64,000 nucleotides of DNA from NCBI RefSeq assembly GCF_964213995.1, contig NW_027591005.1, forward strand, positions 62,001 to 126,000, written 5' to 3'. Source of the DNA: Mustelus asterias. Lineage: Eukaryota. Made by a program: the position numbers and the translations under genes. The notes beneath the pieces were generated by a model that was not told the origin of the DNA, made no database searches, and worked only from the letters and a program-made list of their open reading frames with translations. Of the stretch, positions 36,001-47,554 are shown in pieces; the stretch's first letter is position 1; each line of letters starts with the position of its first letter.

Positions 36001-36140
36001 GAATATTTAAAGTATTACTTCAGTGTGCAAATGAATCCATTGCTGTGTATGTGTTCGAATGTTAGGGAACCTGTCTGAAATGCAAAGTCATGTTTGTGTT
36101 ACTGATTTCAATGGAACCCAGAATCAAGACTACGAAAATC
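36001..36140 (-). repeat. Right arm of ~140-bp inverted repeat (partner 33718-33856)
   Basis: Reverse complement of the left arm with scattered mismatches. Confidence 0.9.
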
Positions 36141-38099
36141 AACAAGTTACAAGTTCACTTAAATGCATTGTACTTTCCAGACAATTGCATAAATTGTACA
36201 TGACATTCGAACTAACTGATCCATGTCGTTGTTAAAGGCCAACGGAACGTTCTGAACCTCCTTCACCCAACCGTCCAACACAACGTTATATGTGTCTCTC
36301 TCTTACCCATGCAGTTATTGAAACTTCTCTAAAAGCAAGAAGGGGAAAGGGGATGAAACAGGGAACTACTATACAGCTTTTTCCCCCTTCAGCTTCACGT
36401 CAACCGGCGGGAAAGAGCTGCAATCTGTTATTGAGGCAGTCTTAATAAAGCACCTCGAAAATCATAGCATGGTCCATCAGGTTTTACGAAAAGCAATTCA
36501 CTTTGAGAAACGCATTAATACCTTTGAGTTTGCAAGTCGCAAAATAGATCAAGGGGAGGCAGTAGATTTGAATTTCCAAATATACATTCAATAAACAAGC
36601 AAACATGACGTCAATAGGCAAGACGAGTGATTGTACAGTTGGAGGGCAATATTAGCACGGCGAGGGTAATGGGTAGAAAGCAGAGCATGGACATTTTTCA
36701 CTCATTAATGGGATGTGGACGTCGCTGTCTGGGCTAACATTTATTGCCCATCACCTGTTACTCGCCACCCCCGCCCCCCCCCCCCCCCCCCCCGCGCCTA
36801 CCTTCTAACAGGATGCCTTTCAAGACCCTGTCGGGGGCATTTTTTGGAGGCCCATGTTGCCCAGGCGATGGAAGGATGTCAGATATTCTTCTCCAAAATG
36901 CAGATTGTTTTTTTAAAAAGAAAATCAACAATGCTTTACTGGTCATCATTAAACTTGTAATTCCAGCTTTTTATTGAACTGAAATTTAACCACCTGCTTC
37001 CGTGTTGAGGTTCGAACCCAGCTCCCCAGAGAATGATCCCAGAATTATTAAACCAGTAGCTTTACCGCTCCGTGTCTTCCTCCCCTTGAATGGGAGATGC
37101 TAACGTTGGCCATTGCTGCCAGTCAGTGCACTGTAAGGCTCATGGCTAAGGCTATTTGCATTCTCCATCAATGAGTTACACGAAAAGCGAGATGATAATA
37201 TATCTTGGTTTGTACATTTTACAAGGACAGGTGGGAATACAAGCTGGGAGGGAGGCACATAGAAGCTAGAAGGGGATGTACAGTGCTTTCTACTGTCCAC
37301 CGCCAGGGAACTACGCCTGTTCAGTTGTTGAATGCATCTGAAACGCAAATCAAGGTGTTTTAGGTGGATTAAAAGATATAGAAACGTACAGGACGGTAGA
37401 TTTGAAGTCACGGATCAACCACACTCATGTTAAATGGCGCAGCAGCCTCGACGCGCTGAAAGGGTAAGTGTAGGTACTAAATATTATGCTGCTGTCGAAG
37501 CCCCACAAGAGCCACTTCTCGCCTGCCTTTCTCTCACACCGATATCATTCTAATCTTCACTTGCCCTTCTGTGCATCTTACTTCCCCATGAATATATTCA
37601 TGGAATTGGCCAAAATTACGTTTTGTGAGAGGAAATTCCACGTTTTCAACACGCTTTGTGCGAGATAGTTTCTCCTGAAAAACTCTGGATTTCTTACCTG
37701 TTGCCCATCACTTCAAATAAATGTCTTGCGAGGCTATTCCAGAGTCAATCACTTGCTGTGGATATTGAGTCACGAGAAGGATAAACCAAGCAGAGAGAGC
37801 AGGTCTCCTTCCACACAGGTACATGAGTGAAAGAGGTGGGTTTTGGTAGCAATCAAATTGGGTCACCATTAGATTTAATTTTCTGATGTTTACACCCACA
37901 GTGCTGTTAGGCAGAGAATTCCAGGATTTTCGTCGCGCGACAGTTAAGAAACAGTGATATATTTAGAAGTTGGAATGGTGAGTGATTTGGAGGGGAACAA
38001 GTAATGATACTGTGCCTTGAAGAAATTAATCTCTATCATGTTTCTTGTAAGAGGCATGTTTAAAATTCAACTCTGTTTTACGGGGGCCGATTTGTCTGC

Positions 38100-39165
38100 G
38101 CAAAGAACAAAGAACAAACGACAGTACAGCACAACAACCGGCCCTCCGGAGCCTGTGCCGATCATGTTGTCCTATCTAGACCAACTGCTGAAATCGTTCT
38201 ATTCCCCGTTTCTTCATGTGCCTATCAAGATATGTCTTAAATGTTATTAGAGTGGCTGCCTCAACCACCTCACTTGGCAATGCATTCCAGACCCCCACCG
38301 CCCTCTGTGTAAGAAACTTCCTCCACGCATCTCCACTGAACCTTTCGCCCCGTATCTTGAAGTTGCTGCCCCCTTGTAATTGTCATGTCTACCCTGGGAA
38401 AAATGTTCCAACTGTTCACTCTATCTATAGCTTTCATAATTTTATAAACTTCTATCAGATCGCCCCTCAGCCTGCGTCTTTCCAGGGAGAACAATCGCAG
38501 TTTATTAAATCTCTCCTCATAGCTAATACCCTCCATACCAGGCAACATCCTGGTAAACATTTTCTGCACTCCCTCCAAAGCCTCCACATCCTTCTGGTAG
38601 TGTGGTGACCAGAATTGGACACAGTATTCAAAATGTAGCCTAACCAAAGTTTTATACAACTGTAACATAATTTGCCAACTTTTATACTCGATGCCCCATC
38701 CGATAAAGGCAAGCATGCCATATGCTTTCTTTACCACCTTTTCCACCTGTGCTCCCACTTCTAAGGATCTGTGGACCTTACTCTCAAATCTCTCTGTGTG
38801 TCTATGCTCCTGATGGTTCTGCCATTTATTTTATGGCTCCCAACTCAAGGATCAACCAAAATGCATCACCTCGCATTTGTTCAGGTTAAATGCCATCTGC
38901 CAGTTCTCCACCCATTGTTCCAGCTTATCTATATCCTGTGACATGCTCTGACAATCTTCATCACTATCCACAACTCTGCCAATCTTAGTATCATCCGCAA
39001 ATTTGCTAATCAGAGCAGCTACGTTTACTTCCAAGACATTTAGATATATATTACAAACAGCAGAGGTCCCAGCACTGATCACTGCGGAACACCACGAGCT
39101 ACAGACCTCCATTCAGAAAAAAAACACCCTTTCACCGCTACCCTCTCTCTTCTATGGCCAACCCA
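38100..39165 (-). mobile_element. CR1 LINE 3' portion (RT C-terminal half and tail)
   Basis: ORFs 38852..39112 (SKFADDTK...WQMAFN..KCEVMHFG) and 38270..38758 (LYKTLVRLHFEYCVQFWSP...RLRGDLIEVYKI). Confidence 0.92.
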
Positions 39166-39173
39166 GAGAATAC

Positions 39174-39856
39174 TGTTAATGCGGGCAAATGATTCATTTT
39201 AGCTAAGCATGTGTTTGTTTTAATCTGATTTAATGCATTTTTGTTTATTTTGGTTTTTCCTCTGTGGTTTCAGAGTAGGGCTTTGATTGGGTTGATTGGC
39301 AGAGGCAGGGTCATGTGAATGGGCTTGCAAGGAAAACACAATGCTTTATTTTATTTTAAAACAGTCAGTTTCTGCTTGGTCCTGAAAGAAGAAAGAGGTC
39401 TTTCTCTCTCTGTCCATCTCTCTCTCTCTCTCTATTTTCTCTCTCACTGTCTCTCTCTCTGAAGGCTGCTGTGTGGGGCTGGCAGAAGTCAGTTGTCTCT
39501 CTGTCTGCCTCTCTCTCCAGAGGTGTTTTAGCACTTTTAACAAGTCCAAGCGCATAAGCAGGGGGTTGCTACTGATTTTGAAAAGGAGTTCAAGTCGATC
39601 AGAGGAATATTGCTTGAATTTGAACTAATAGAGATGCATTAGTGGCTGTGAATTGCATCGTGTTAAGCTAAGCATTTCAATTGGGAAAAGTTAAACTAAT
39701 TCGTTCGTTATAGTCAAACTGTACTGTATTGTTAAATGAAGTTAGTTTTGATAAGCGCTTTCTTGTGTGTCAATGGAATCAGACCTGGAGCGAAACACCT
39801 TATCCTCACACTAATGTCAAGTAGAAACACTGTTGGGGTCTAGTCATAACCTAACA
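39174..39856. mobile_element. Possible solo LTR
   Basis: Block bounded by TGTT...AACA and of plausible LTR length; no target-site duplication seen. Confidence 0.3.
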
Positions 39857-42157
39857 TATGGAATTCGTAACATACTTGTGTTTTTTTCTCTGGCACATTA
39901 ACAACCTCCAGGTGATGGTGATTCCAATGTGTCTGCTGGCCCTGGCCTTCTGGAAGGTAGAGCTCGTGGGATTTAATGTACTGTCGAAGGAGGTTTGAGA
40001 AGTGGCTACAATGCAGGTTTTTCTGCACACTGCAGGTTTCAGCTGTCTCCTGTCTCAGTAATGATCAACTTCCGCACCTCATTTCTCCTGGTTAAATGTG
40101 TAAGGTTATCATCTCGAAATCGTTGGGGATTCCAGCCCAATTCCACTGCTCCAATGTCAAAACTGAGGAAGTTATACAATGTCACACATCCACTTTTGGA
40201 TATGATATAAAATCATTTGTCTTCTCTGTTAGGCGTTTAATGTCCCATAGCCGAATTGAAAGGGGAGCTGGTGAGTTAGTCATTAGGCCATGGAATTTTA
40301 CAGCCCTTCATCCATTTTTGTTTGTCTTGGCCATCAAACAGCTCCGTGTTCCAGCACTTAGTCCATTGCCTTGTATATAAAAGGTTTGAAGTGTTCATCT
40401 CGATGCTTCTCAAATGCTGCTTTCATACTTGAAAAATTCTGAGTGTTGCCATTAACAGAAACATTTCAGTTTCAACCACATTACTCTGTATCTTGAGTCA
40501 CGTCTATGCCAGGCCAGGTAAGGACGGCACATTTCCTTCCCCAAAGCCGCATTAATGAACAAGATGGGGTTTTAGAGCCATCGACAATGGTCGTCATTAG
40601 ATTTTATTTTATTGTTTTCAAATTTCACCAAATGCCTTGGTCAGATTTGACCTTTCTTCCCCGAATCAGTAACCTGGGTCTTTGAATTATTGATCCAATG
40701 ACAATACCAGTGGGCCACCATCTCCCCATAGTCCAGCATCGACATCCGATGACCACTAATAATTCAACATATACTGATTGAGCAGGATAGCAGCGACCAT
40801 GGAAAAGAAGTCCGATGTCGTGATATTCCTATGAACCTTCTATTTGACCTGGTTGAGAGATTTTATCAGTCAAAGTCTTTCCCGACTTGTTCCCACCTTC
40901 GTACAATTGGCACAAAGCATTTACAAATATAGACATTGCCAACACTGAACTGTCTCTCCTTTGAAAATCACCATGGAACCAATCCCCCCGCCCTAATTAA
41001 TGGGCAGCTCCTGAAACATTGCAACTTGCCAGGCAACACCGACGCTACTCTGGGGCCACTCTAAACTGGAGCAAATCGTCTTAAACCTGCGTCATTTTGA
41101 CATTTTTCTTCCCGCCAATGCAACTGCCTCTCCTTGGATATTTTATATAAATGATATCCAGCGTACTCCGAAAGGCAAGCCTGGATGGGTGCTGGATGCA
41201 TTCTGAGTGGTAACTTCCGTTGAGGATGGAATAGACGGTTTCAGCGGGAACATAAATGTATGTGTGTAATAAGTGGGGCAGTGAGACCATTCGGATTGTC
41301 CTGAATCGAATCAGTGGTTTCAATGGAATGTGATGGATATAACTTTACAATCCTATCTGACTGAAACATAACCAAAAAACATCCTGGGTATCAGTCACCG
41401 ATTGGGGTTTATGCTCGGGACAGTATTGTTAACGGCACAAAAGCATACTGAGTAAAAGTATCTGAAAACTCCCCGGTTCTTTGTTCAGTGATTGACCAGG
41501 AGGGGAAGGGTGGGGAGGGGGTGGGGGTGGAATCTGGTTTGTGTCTAAATCAACACAGGCTCCAGGAGAATATTTTGAGTGATAGCTCTTGGTTGTGTTT
41601 CCTGCTTTCAGATCCTGTAGGAAGCTCGACAGTTTCAGAAGTTTTGCAACGTCTCCATCTCGATGTTCCTCCTCCCTGGTGAGATTACTCGAACTGGATT
41701 CAACCGCCCCCCCCCACCCCACCGCCCCCCCCCCTCGCCCCACCCCCTCCATAATCAGTGCTTCTTCACTTTTCCAGATGTTCAGTCGGGGGTGGTGTTC
41801 CACGTAAGAACATAGATCAATGGAATAACTACTGTGCAAAGGGGGCTCGAATCCCACAAAGACTGATACTGAAATTTGAATTAAGTAAAAATCTGGAATC
41901 AAAAATCTAATGACTACCATGAAACAATTGTCGATTGTTGTAAAGACTGATCTGATTCACGGATACCATTTAAGGAAAGATATCTACCTTCCTTATTTGA
42001 CCTGGCCTACCTGTGACGGCATATCCACACAACAATGCGGTTGACTCTCAAACACCATTTGATATGGCCGAACAAACCATTTAATTCAAGGAAAATTAAG
42101 GGTGGACATCCCATGAATGAAAATAAAAGCAGGGAAATGGCTGCAATTCCTCTCGTG

Positions 42158-42196
42158 GGTTTTTGTACAGGTCTGGGTGTGATCTATATCACTGTG
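42158..42196 (-). other. Consensus 23-spacer RSS of the intact V
   Basis: Minus strand reads CACAGTG, 23 nt, ACAAAAACC (perfect heptamer and nonamer). Confidence 0.97.
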
Positions 42197-42501
42197 CCGT
42201 TGTGCACAGTGATACGTAGAGCTGTCTCCCATTGTTAAAGTCCTAATAGAGAGCACGAATACACTGGTGGAAAGGTACTTGGACGCAGTGATTCGTTCAC
42301 CAAACTCCGGATTGTAATTCTTGCTATTTTCATTGTAGTACCAAAGGAGCCAGCCCGGTCCCTTCCCGGGACTGTGTCGGTACCAAAGCATGGTGTAACT
42401 CCCAAGATCAAATCCACTGGTTTTACAGGTTAGGGTCAGGGTTTGCCCTATTATCCCCGTCTCTGCCTCTGGCTGGGTCAACACCACATCCGACTGGACG
42501 T
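42197..42501 (-). CDS. IGHV: Intact IgM-VH-like V exon upstream of TCR-delta D/J (VH-delta/TAILV-like)
   Basis: VQS-DVVLTQPEAETGIIGQTLTLTCKTSGFDLGSYTMLWYRHSPGKGPGWLLWYYNENSKNYNPEFGERITASKYLSTSVFVLSIRTLTMGDSSTYHCAQR; both Cys and the Trp are present; shark IgM-VH-type FR1; cag acceptor at 42504-42502; no stops. Confidence 0.93.
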
Positions 42502-42619
42502 CTGCTAACGGAAAGAAACAATAATTATGGTGAGGTGAATCCAGTTTGTGTCACGCCACAGGGAATGATTAATTTTAAACAGAAACTGTGGAAACTTTCT
42601 GAAAATATCCGCTACTCAC

Positions 42620-42671
42620 AGGATAAGAAACCAAGAAACAGACTGAGAGATATTGCTAGCGCCATGCTCAT
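42620..42671 (-). CDS. IGHV: Leader exon of the intact V (MSMALAISLSLFLGFLS)
   Basis: Hydrophobic signal peptide; phase-1 GTGAGT donor at 42619; 118-bp intron joins in frame to the V exon. Confidence 0.9.
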
Positions 42672-42880
42672 GGAGCTTGTGTTAACTTAGACACCCTCCT
42701 CCCGGGACACCCTCCAGTCATTCACTGAACAGAGCACTGGCTGATCTTTAACTTCTGATCGTTAGTCACAACGGTTTGTACAAGGGCAGGGGGAGGGTTT
42801 TGACAAGCCACCAATTAGAATAGAAGACACTGTCAACACGTGACAATATATCCATATCAATACAGAATGGGCGCCAAGGA

Positions 42881-42888
42881 ATTTGCAT
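42881..42888 (-). promoter_or_regulatory. Octamer ATGCAAAT in heavy-chain orientation, ~210 bp upstream of the V leader
   Basis: Plus strand ATTTGCAT; an E-box CACGTG lies at 42837-42842. Confidence 0.4.
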
Positions 42889-43734
42889 TGTTAAATAAAG
42901 CTGCAAAGATTCATTGTTACTCAGGGCGAATTGAATCATATTCCTCATGTTTCCGTTAACAGTACCGTCTGGAACATTATTTTCATTAGGGGACTGATTC
43001 CATGTTGCTTGAGCAGAATGATTTAATAAGGTAGGCTCTTAGCATGACCGTCACATGCTGTCCAAACTGCCCATTCAATTCACTGACATAACAACACCGA
43101 TAATCTCCCCTGTACATTCCACAGATCGCTTCATATTCCAATTCAAGCAATATATCCAATGCTCAAGGAAATTTGTTGTTGAATCTTCATCCAGGCAATG
43201 CATTCCAGATCCCAGCTGTGTAAAGAATAATCCATTATTCTGTAGTTACGTGTGTAGTCTGGAGAATCTTTCCCAGTTTGGATGGGAGTGATTTGGAGGT
43301 GAACCTCCAGGTCGTGGTGGTCCCAGGTATCTGCTGCTCTTATCCCCTAGATGGCAGTGTTTGTAGGTTTGGAAAGTGCTGCCTAAAGAGCCTTAGCGAG
43401 TTCCTGGATGTCTAAATGTTTGCCACTGTGCCACGTCTGCCAATGTGTGTATTTGTGGAATTGGTTGCCATCAACTGAATTGCTTTGTCCTAAATAGTGT
43501 CGAGCTTCTTGAGTGTTGTTGGAGCTTCATTCATTCAGTCAACGGGCCGCAGTAGCATAGTGGCATCTGGTCCGTCGTCTTGGAGGTTAGAGAACATCCG
43601 GTGCAGATCCGGATAGCTTTTATAGGCGATTAAGCCTAATATCTTGGATCATGATAATATGTTCCATGCTGCGGCTGTACACTTTCCAATGATACTTGTT
43701 AAAGCACCACATGGTCGACTTGTTAGCATTGAAT

Positions 43735-44140
43735 CACAGAAAATAGGAGCGGGAATAGATCATTCGGCCCTTAGAGCCTGCTCCATCATTCATTATGATC
43801 ATGGCTGATCTTCTATTGCAATACTCCTTTCTCCCTACAACCCTTCACACCTTTAGAGTCTAGAAATCTATCTATTTCATTTTTAAATATATTCAGATAC
43901 TTGGCCTCCGCAACTTCCTGAGGTGGAGAGTTCCACAGCTTCTGAGTGAAGACATTTCTCATAAATGACCTATCACATATTTTGAAACGCTGACACTCTG
44001 TTCTAGACGCTCCACCCCCTCCCCCCCCTCCCCCCCCCCCCCCCCCCCGTCCACCGCCCCCCCCCTCCCCAAACCCCGGAGCCAGAGGAAGCAACATTCC
44101 TGAATCCAGTCTGACCAGCCCTGTCAGGATTTGAAAAGTT
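43735..44140 (-). mobile_element. CR1 LINE 3' fragment with internal poly-C tract
   Basis: ORF 43813..44097 reads RNVFTQKLWNS.PQEVAEA..LNIFKNEIDRFL. Confidence 0.75.
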
Positions 44141-44354
44141 TGAGTGATATTACAAAAATTTCATTCCACTTAGCAAACTTAAACCACATGAGATTTATGA
44201 GGAAGTGACTGTCCGGGTGTGATATTATCCGTACATTAGATGGATGGCCTTATTCTGTGTGGTAGAGTAACACTATGGTTCCATGGATTGTTGTCAGCAA
44301 TGAATCTATTGGAGTTTGATGAAGGGGACAAACTGTGTGCAGTTCCTCTAGTTT

Positions 44355-44397
44355 GGGTTTTTTTTTTACAAATCTGGGGCTGACCCGCCTCACTGTG
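44355..44397 (-). other. 23-RSS of the V pseudogene (nonamer decayed to a poly-A run)
   Basis: Minus strand reads CACAGTG, 23 nt, AAAAAAAAAACCC. Confidence 0.75.
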
Positions 44398-45153
44398 TTA
44401 ACTGTGTACTCTAATAAGCAGCTGTTTCCTCCATCGTCAGAAACCTGACATCCAAAGCAAATATATTGTGTGCAAGCTCTTTGGAAACAGTGAATCGTCC
44501 TCGAGTCTCCCCACAGTATCAATGGAAGTCTTCATCATAGTAGGAAACTAGCCAGTCTGGCCTCTTTCAGGGACCATGACAGTGCCAGTACAGCCAATAG
44601 CCACTGAAGTCGAAGCCGCTGGTATTGCAGGTCAGGGACAGGGACTACACTGGGAACCACTTCTCTGCCTCTGGCTGCGTCAGAACTACTTCCGACTGGA
44701 CACCTGTTAAAGTCAAAGAGACATCCATTATTGTGATGGGCGGATCGGTGGCACAGTGGTTTTTATTCCAGGCCTGAGTACTATCTGTGTGGAGTTTAGA
44801 CGTTCTCCCCGTGCCTGCGTGGGTTTCCTCTGAATGCTCCAATTTCCTTCCACAGTCCAAAGATATGCACGCTAGGTGGATTTATCGTGCTAACGTGTTC
44901 CTAAATATCGGTAGATGTCTCGATTAGGTGATTAGCAGGGGTTACGGGGACATGGCAGAGTGGGCCTGGGTGCAAACTCAATGGTGAAATAGCCTCCTTC
45001 TCACTGTAGGGATTCTATGATGATTCCTTCCCCTGTAACACACCACTGAAAGGTGAGGTTCAGCAAACACACACAGCAGGAATTTGGGGAAATGTCAAGC
45101 AGCTCACTGCAGAAGGAACCCTCCAATAGTCCGAGTAACATTGTTAACCTCAT
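44398..45153 (-). pseudogene. IGHV: IgM-VH-like V pseudogene (leader 45108-45153, V exon 44398-44703)
   Basis: Leader MRLTMLLGLLEGSFC with GTGAGC donor. V exon VQSEVVLTQPEAEKWFPV*SLSLTCNTSGFDFSGYWLYWHCHGP*KRPDWLVSYYDEDFH*YCGETRGRFTVSKELAHNIFALDVRFLTMEETAAY*STQL has four in-frame stops and has lost the second Cys. Confidence 0.9.
44738..45020 (+). mobile_element. HE1-like SINE inserted in the leader intron of the V pseudogene
   Basis: SINE head ggtggcacagtgg, core ctgtgtggagttt, tail gggattctatga. Confidence 0.85.
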
Positions 45154-45685
45154 GGTCAAGAACAGGAGGAACAAGGTGCATTTCAAACTGCTTGCTGTCG
45201 CTGCAAGTTGCTTTCAGTTATTGGTGTGTTGGGACACCAAGGTCCCTTTGCACAACAATAGCAGTTTCTGCAAGAACATACCCAGAATTTGCAACCGATA
45301 ACACATTCTTTAGAGCCAATAATAATTGTGTCTTTTTCTTAAAGCAGCAAGGGCCAAATATTGAATAATTCCAATGTCACAAATGTTCATTTTTGCAGCA
45401 AATTGTGATTACTGTCTCATTCATCTCGAGATTCGCCCCTTTCCTCAGCAATAGTGTCACTCAGTTAGAACAATAATATTCTAAGGGACAAAGTGCAACC
45501 GAATGCACTAGCCCTGGTGAAATCAGAAAGGCTCTGGTCCTGGTGTGAGAGACCCCAAACACATTGGCTGCAGCTGGACTGTGAGCACAAGTGGAAATGG
45601 ACAATGGTCCAATTTCCCAGCACTTGGTCCGTAGCCTTGCATGCTATAGCGTTTCAAATGCTCATCTGAATGCTTCCTAAATGTG

Positions 45686-46855
45686 TTGGGTTGGTGGTCG
45701 GCGGCCTTGGAGACGGGGCAGTTTTTTCTCACGTGCCCCGCCTCCTTACAGGCATGGCACCGCACACCGTCCGCGGACCAAAAGACCCGGTACGTGGTCC
45801 CCTCGTGGGGGACATTGAACCCTCCCTCCAGTTCCTCCTCCCGGGCCAGGCGGACAAAAACCTGGCGCCGGAAGGAGTATATGTGGCGGAGGGAGGGGTC
45901 CCGAAGGCCGAGCGGGATCGGCTGCACCCCGGACCTGACCTCCCCCAGTAGATGGAGGTGGGGGAGGAGGAGCTCACTCGGTAGGAAGGGCGGGACGTTT
46001 GATATTACTATCTTGTGGGCGGTGGCCTCCAATGGGTCCACCGCCAGGAACGTCCCGCCCACCGTGAGCCCCTTTTCCAGGGCGAGGCGAACCGCCCGCT
46101 CGGTCTTCAGGAAGAATACGGCCCGGCCGTACATCTTTGAGGCCGCGACAATGGCTGAGGGGCCGACAACCCCAGCCATTGCCTTGACGCAGGCCTCGAT
46201 AGACATGTCGGGGTGGGCGTAGCACTTCACCCCGAGCTGCCGCGTGATTAAAGAGAATGGCGGCAGGGCCTTGGGAGCGGCGGGGGCTCTGGCAGCCGCC
46301 ACGCCCGCATAGGTGGGCCGAGAAGGCCCTGCCACCGGCGACGCTGGTGATGTCGCCATGGTATCAGGGGAAGTGCTACACCCACCCCGAGACTGCCCAG
46401 ATGCACGGCAGGGCGTATGTGGGATGGGGAAGATAAGGCAGGGTGGGGTAGGCGGGGAAGGGTGTAGGTGCTCTCTCCCCGGAGTGAGAGAGGGAGAGAG
46501 GAGGTTGGAGGAGCAGGAGGGAGATGAGGCACAAGGCCGGTGCCCCAGTCAGGAGGGAAAAAGGGGAGGGGGTGCCGGTCCCGGGGGCAGCAGCAGTGGG
46601 TAGGGGAATTAGGAAAAAGGCCTTCACCCCCCCCACTGCAGATGGAAAAGAGACAGTCCAAACGCCTTCGCCCCCCCCCCCCCTCTCCTCCAGTCACTCC
46701 CTGTCCTCTCTTCCTCCCTCCCCCCGGGGAGAGCACACCCTCCAGAGGCCGGATGGCAGGCAAGCAGGCAGGCAGGTAGTCCAGACGGCAGGGGGAGGGG
46801 TCAAAGGGACCAGCCGGTACCACAGCATGGAGGCGACCAGCTGGTTTATGACGCG
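45686..46855 (-). mobile_element. Tx1/L1-clade LINE: 5' UTR plus truncated ORF1 (starts at 46359, CCHC zinc knuckle)
   Basis: ORF 45523..46359 has Tx1-ORF1 motifs (ASKMYGRAVFFL, ISNVPPF, SFRRQVF) and the knuckle CHACKEAGHVRKNC; GC-rich; no ORF2. Confidence 0.85.
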
Positions 46856-47554
46856 AACTCACCTCTTAACCTTCTTCTCTCTAACGAAAACAGCCTCAAG
46901 TCCCTCAGCCTTTGCTCATAAGACCTTCCCACCATACCATGTTCCAGTTGGATTGTATAGTCCCCACCAGTTACACACGACACACTCACAGTCCAGAAGA
47001 GACACACGTGTGGAAGATGATGCTGTCGGAGGCAGAGGTGCCTCAAGCTATCCGTGCAGCAACGCAGCTCCAGTGCGCTGAAGGCTGTCCTCCTCGGCAG
47101 TAATGACCTGCCACCGGTCTGCACCTTCACAAGACTCTGGACACAATGGGTAAAGAGAGATAGAGAGTGAGAGATGGATTCATATCTATACATGATGAGA
47201 GAGAGAGAGAGATTGCCCCAATACAAACATCACTCCCCAACCTCTCTATCCCCCTCCCCAGCAACTATCTGAAGCTAAATTAATGTCACAACATTACTGC
47301 CATCTTTTACCCAAAACTTAGCTTCAGACCCTGTCCCTCTATATTTAACCAGCCCGTCTCTGACATCTCCTCCAGTCACACAACCCTGTGAGATGTCTGC
47401 ACCGCTCTAATTGTGGCATCATGAGCGTTCCACATGCAACATGACTTGCATCGATAAACTCTCATCTCCAACATTTCAATTGAAGTTTCAAAGCTCAATG
47501 GCTTTGAAGCCGAATGGTCCAGATTGCCATGGCCTTCAATGTGAACAAGTTGTT

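Noticed and set aside
37897-37903. CACAGTG heptamer between V and D (also many in SINE heads and at ~57744)
   Set aside because: It is part of interspersed repeats and has no nonamer at 12 or 23 nt.
32274-42671. Conventional shark IgM/IgW/IgNAR cluster or TCR-beta locus
   Set aside because: The J segments have 12-RSS and FGxG rather than WGxG, the V-D distance is 7 kb, and the D lacks the conserved TRBD sequence GGGACAGGGGGC.
44250-44280. Possible D-type RSS downstream of the V pseudogene (cactatg with 12 spacer)
   Set aside because: Poor nonamer and no opposing RSS.
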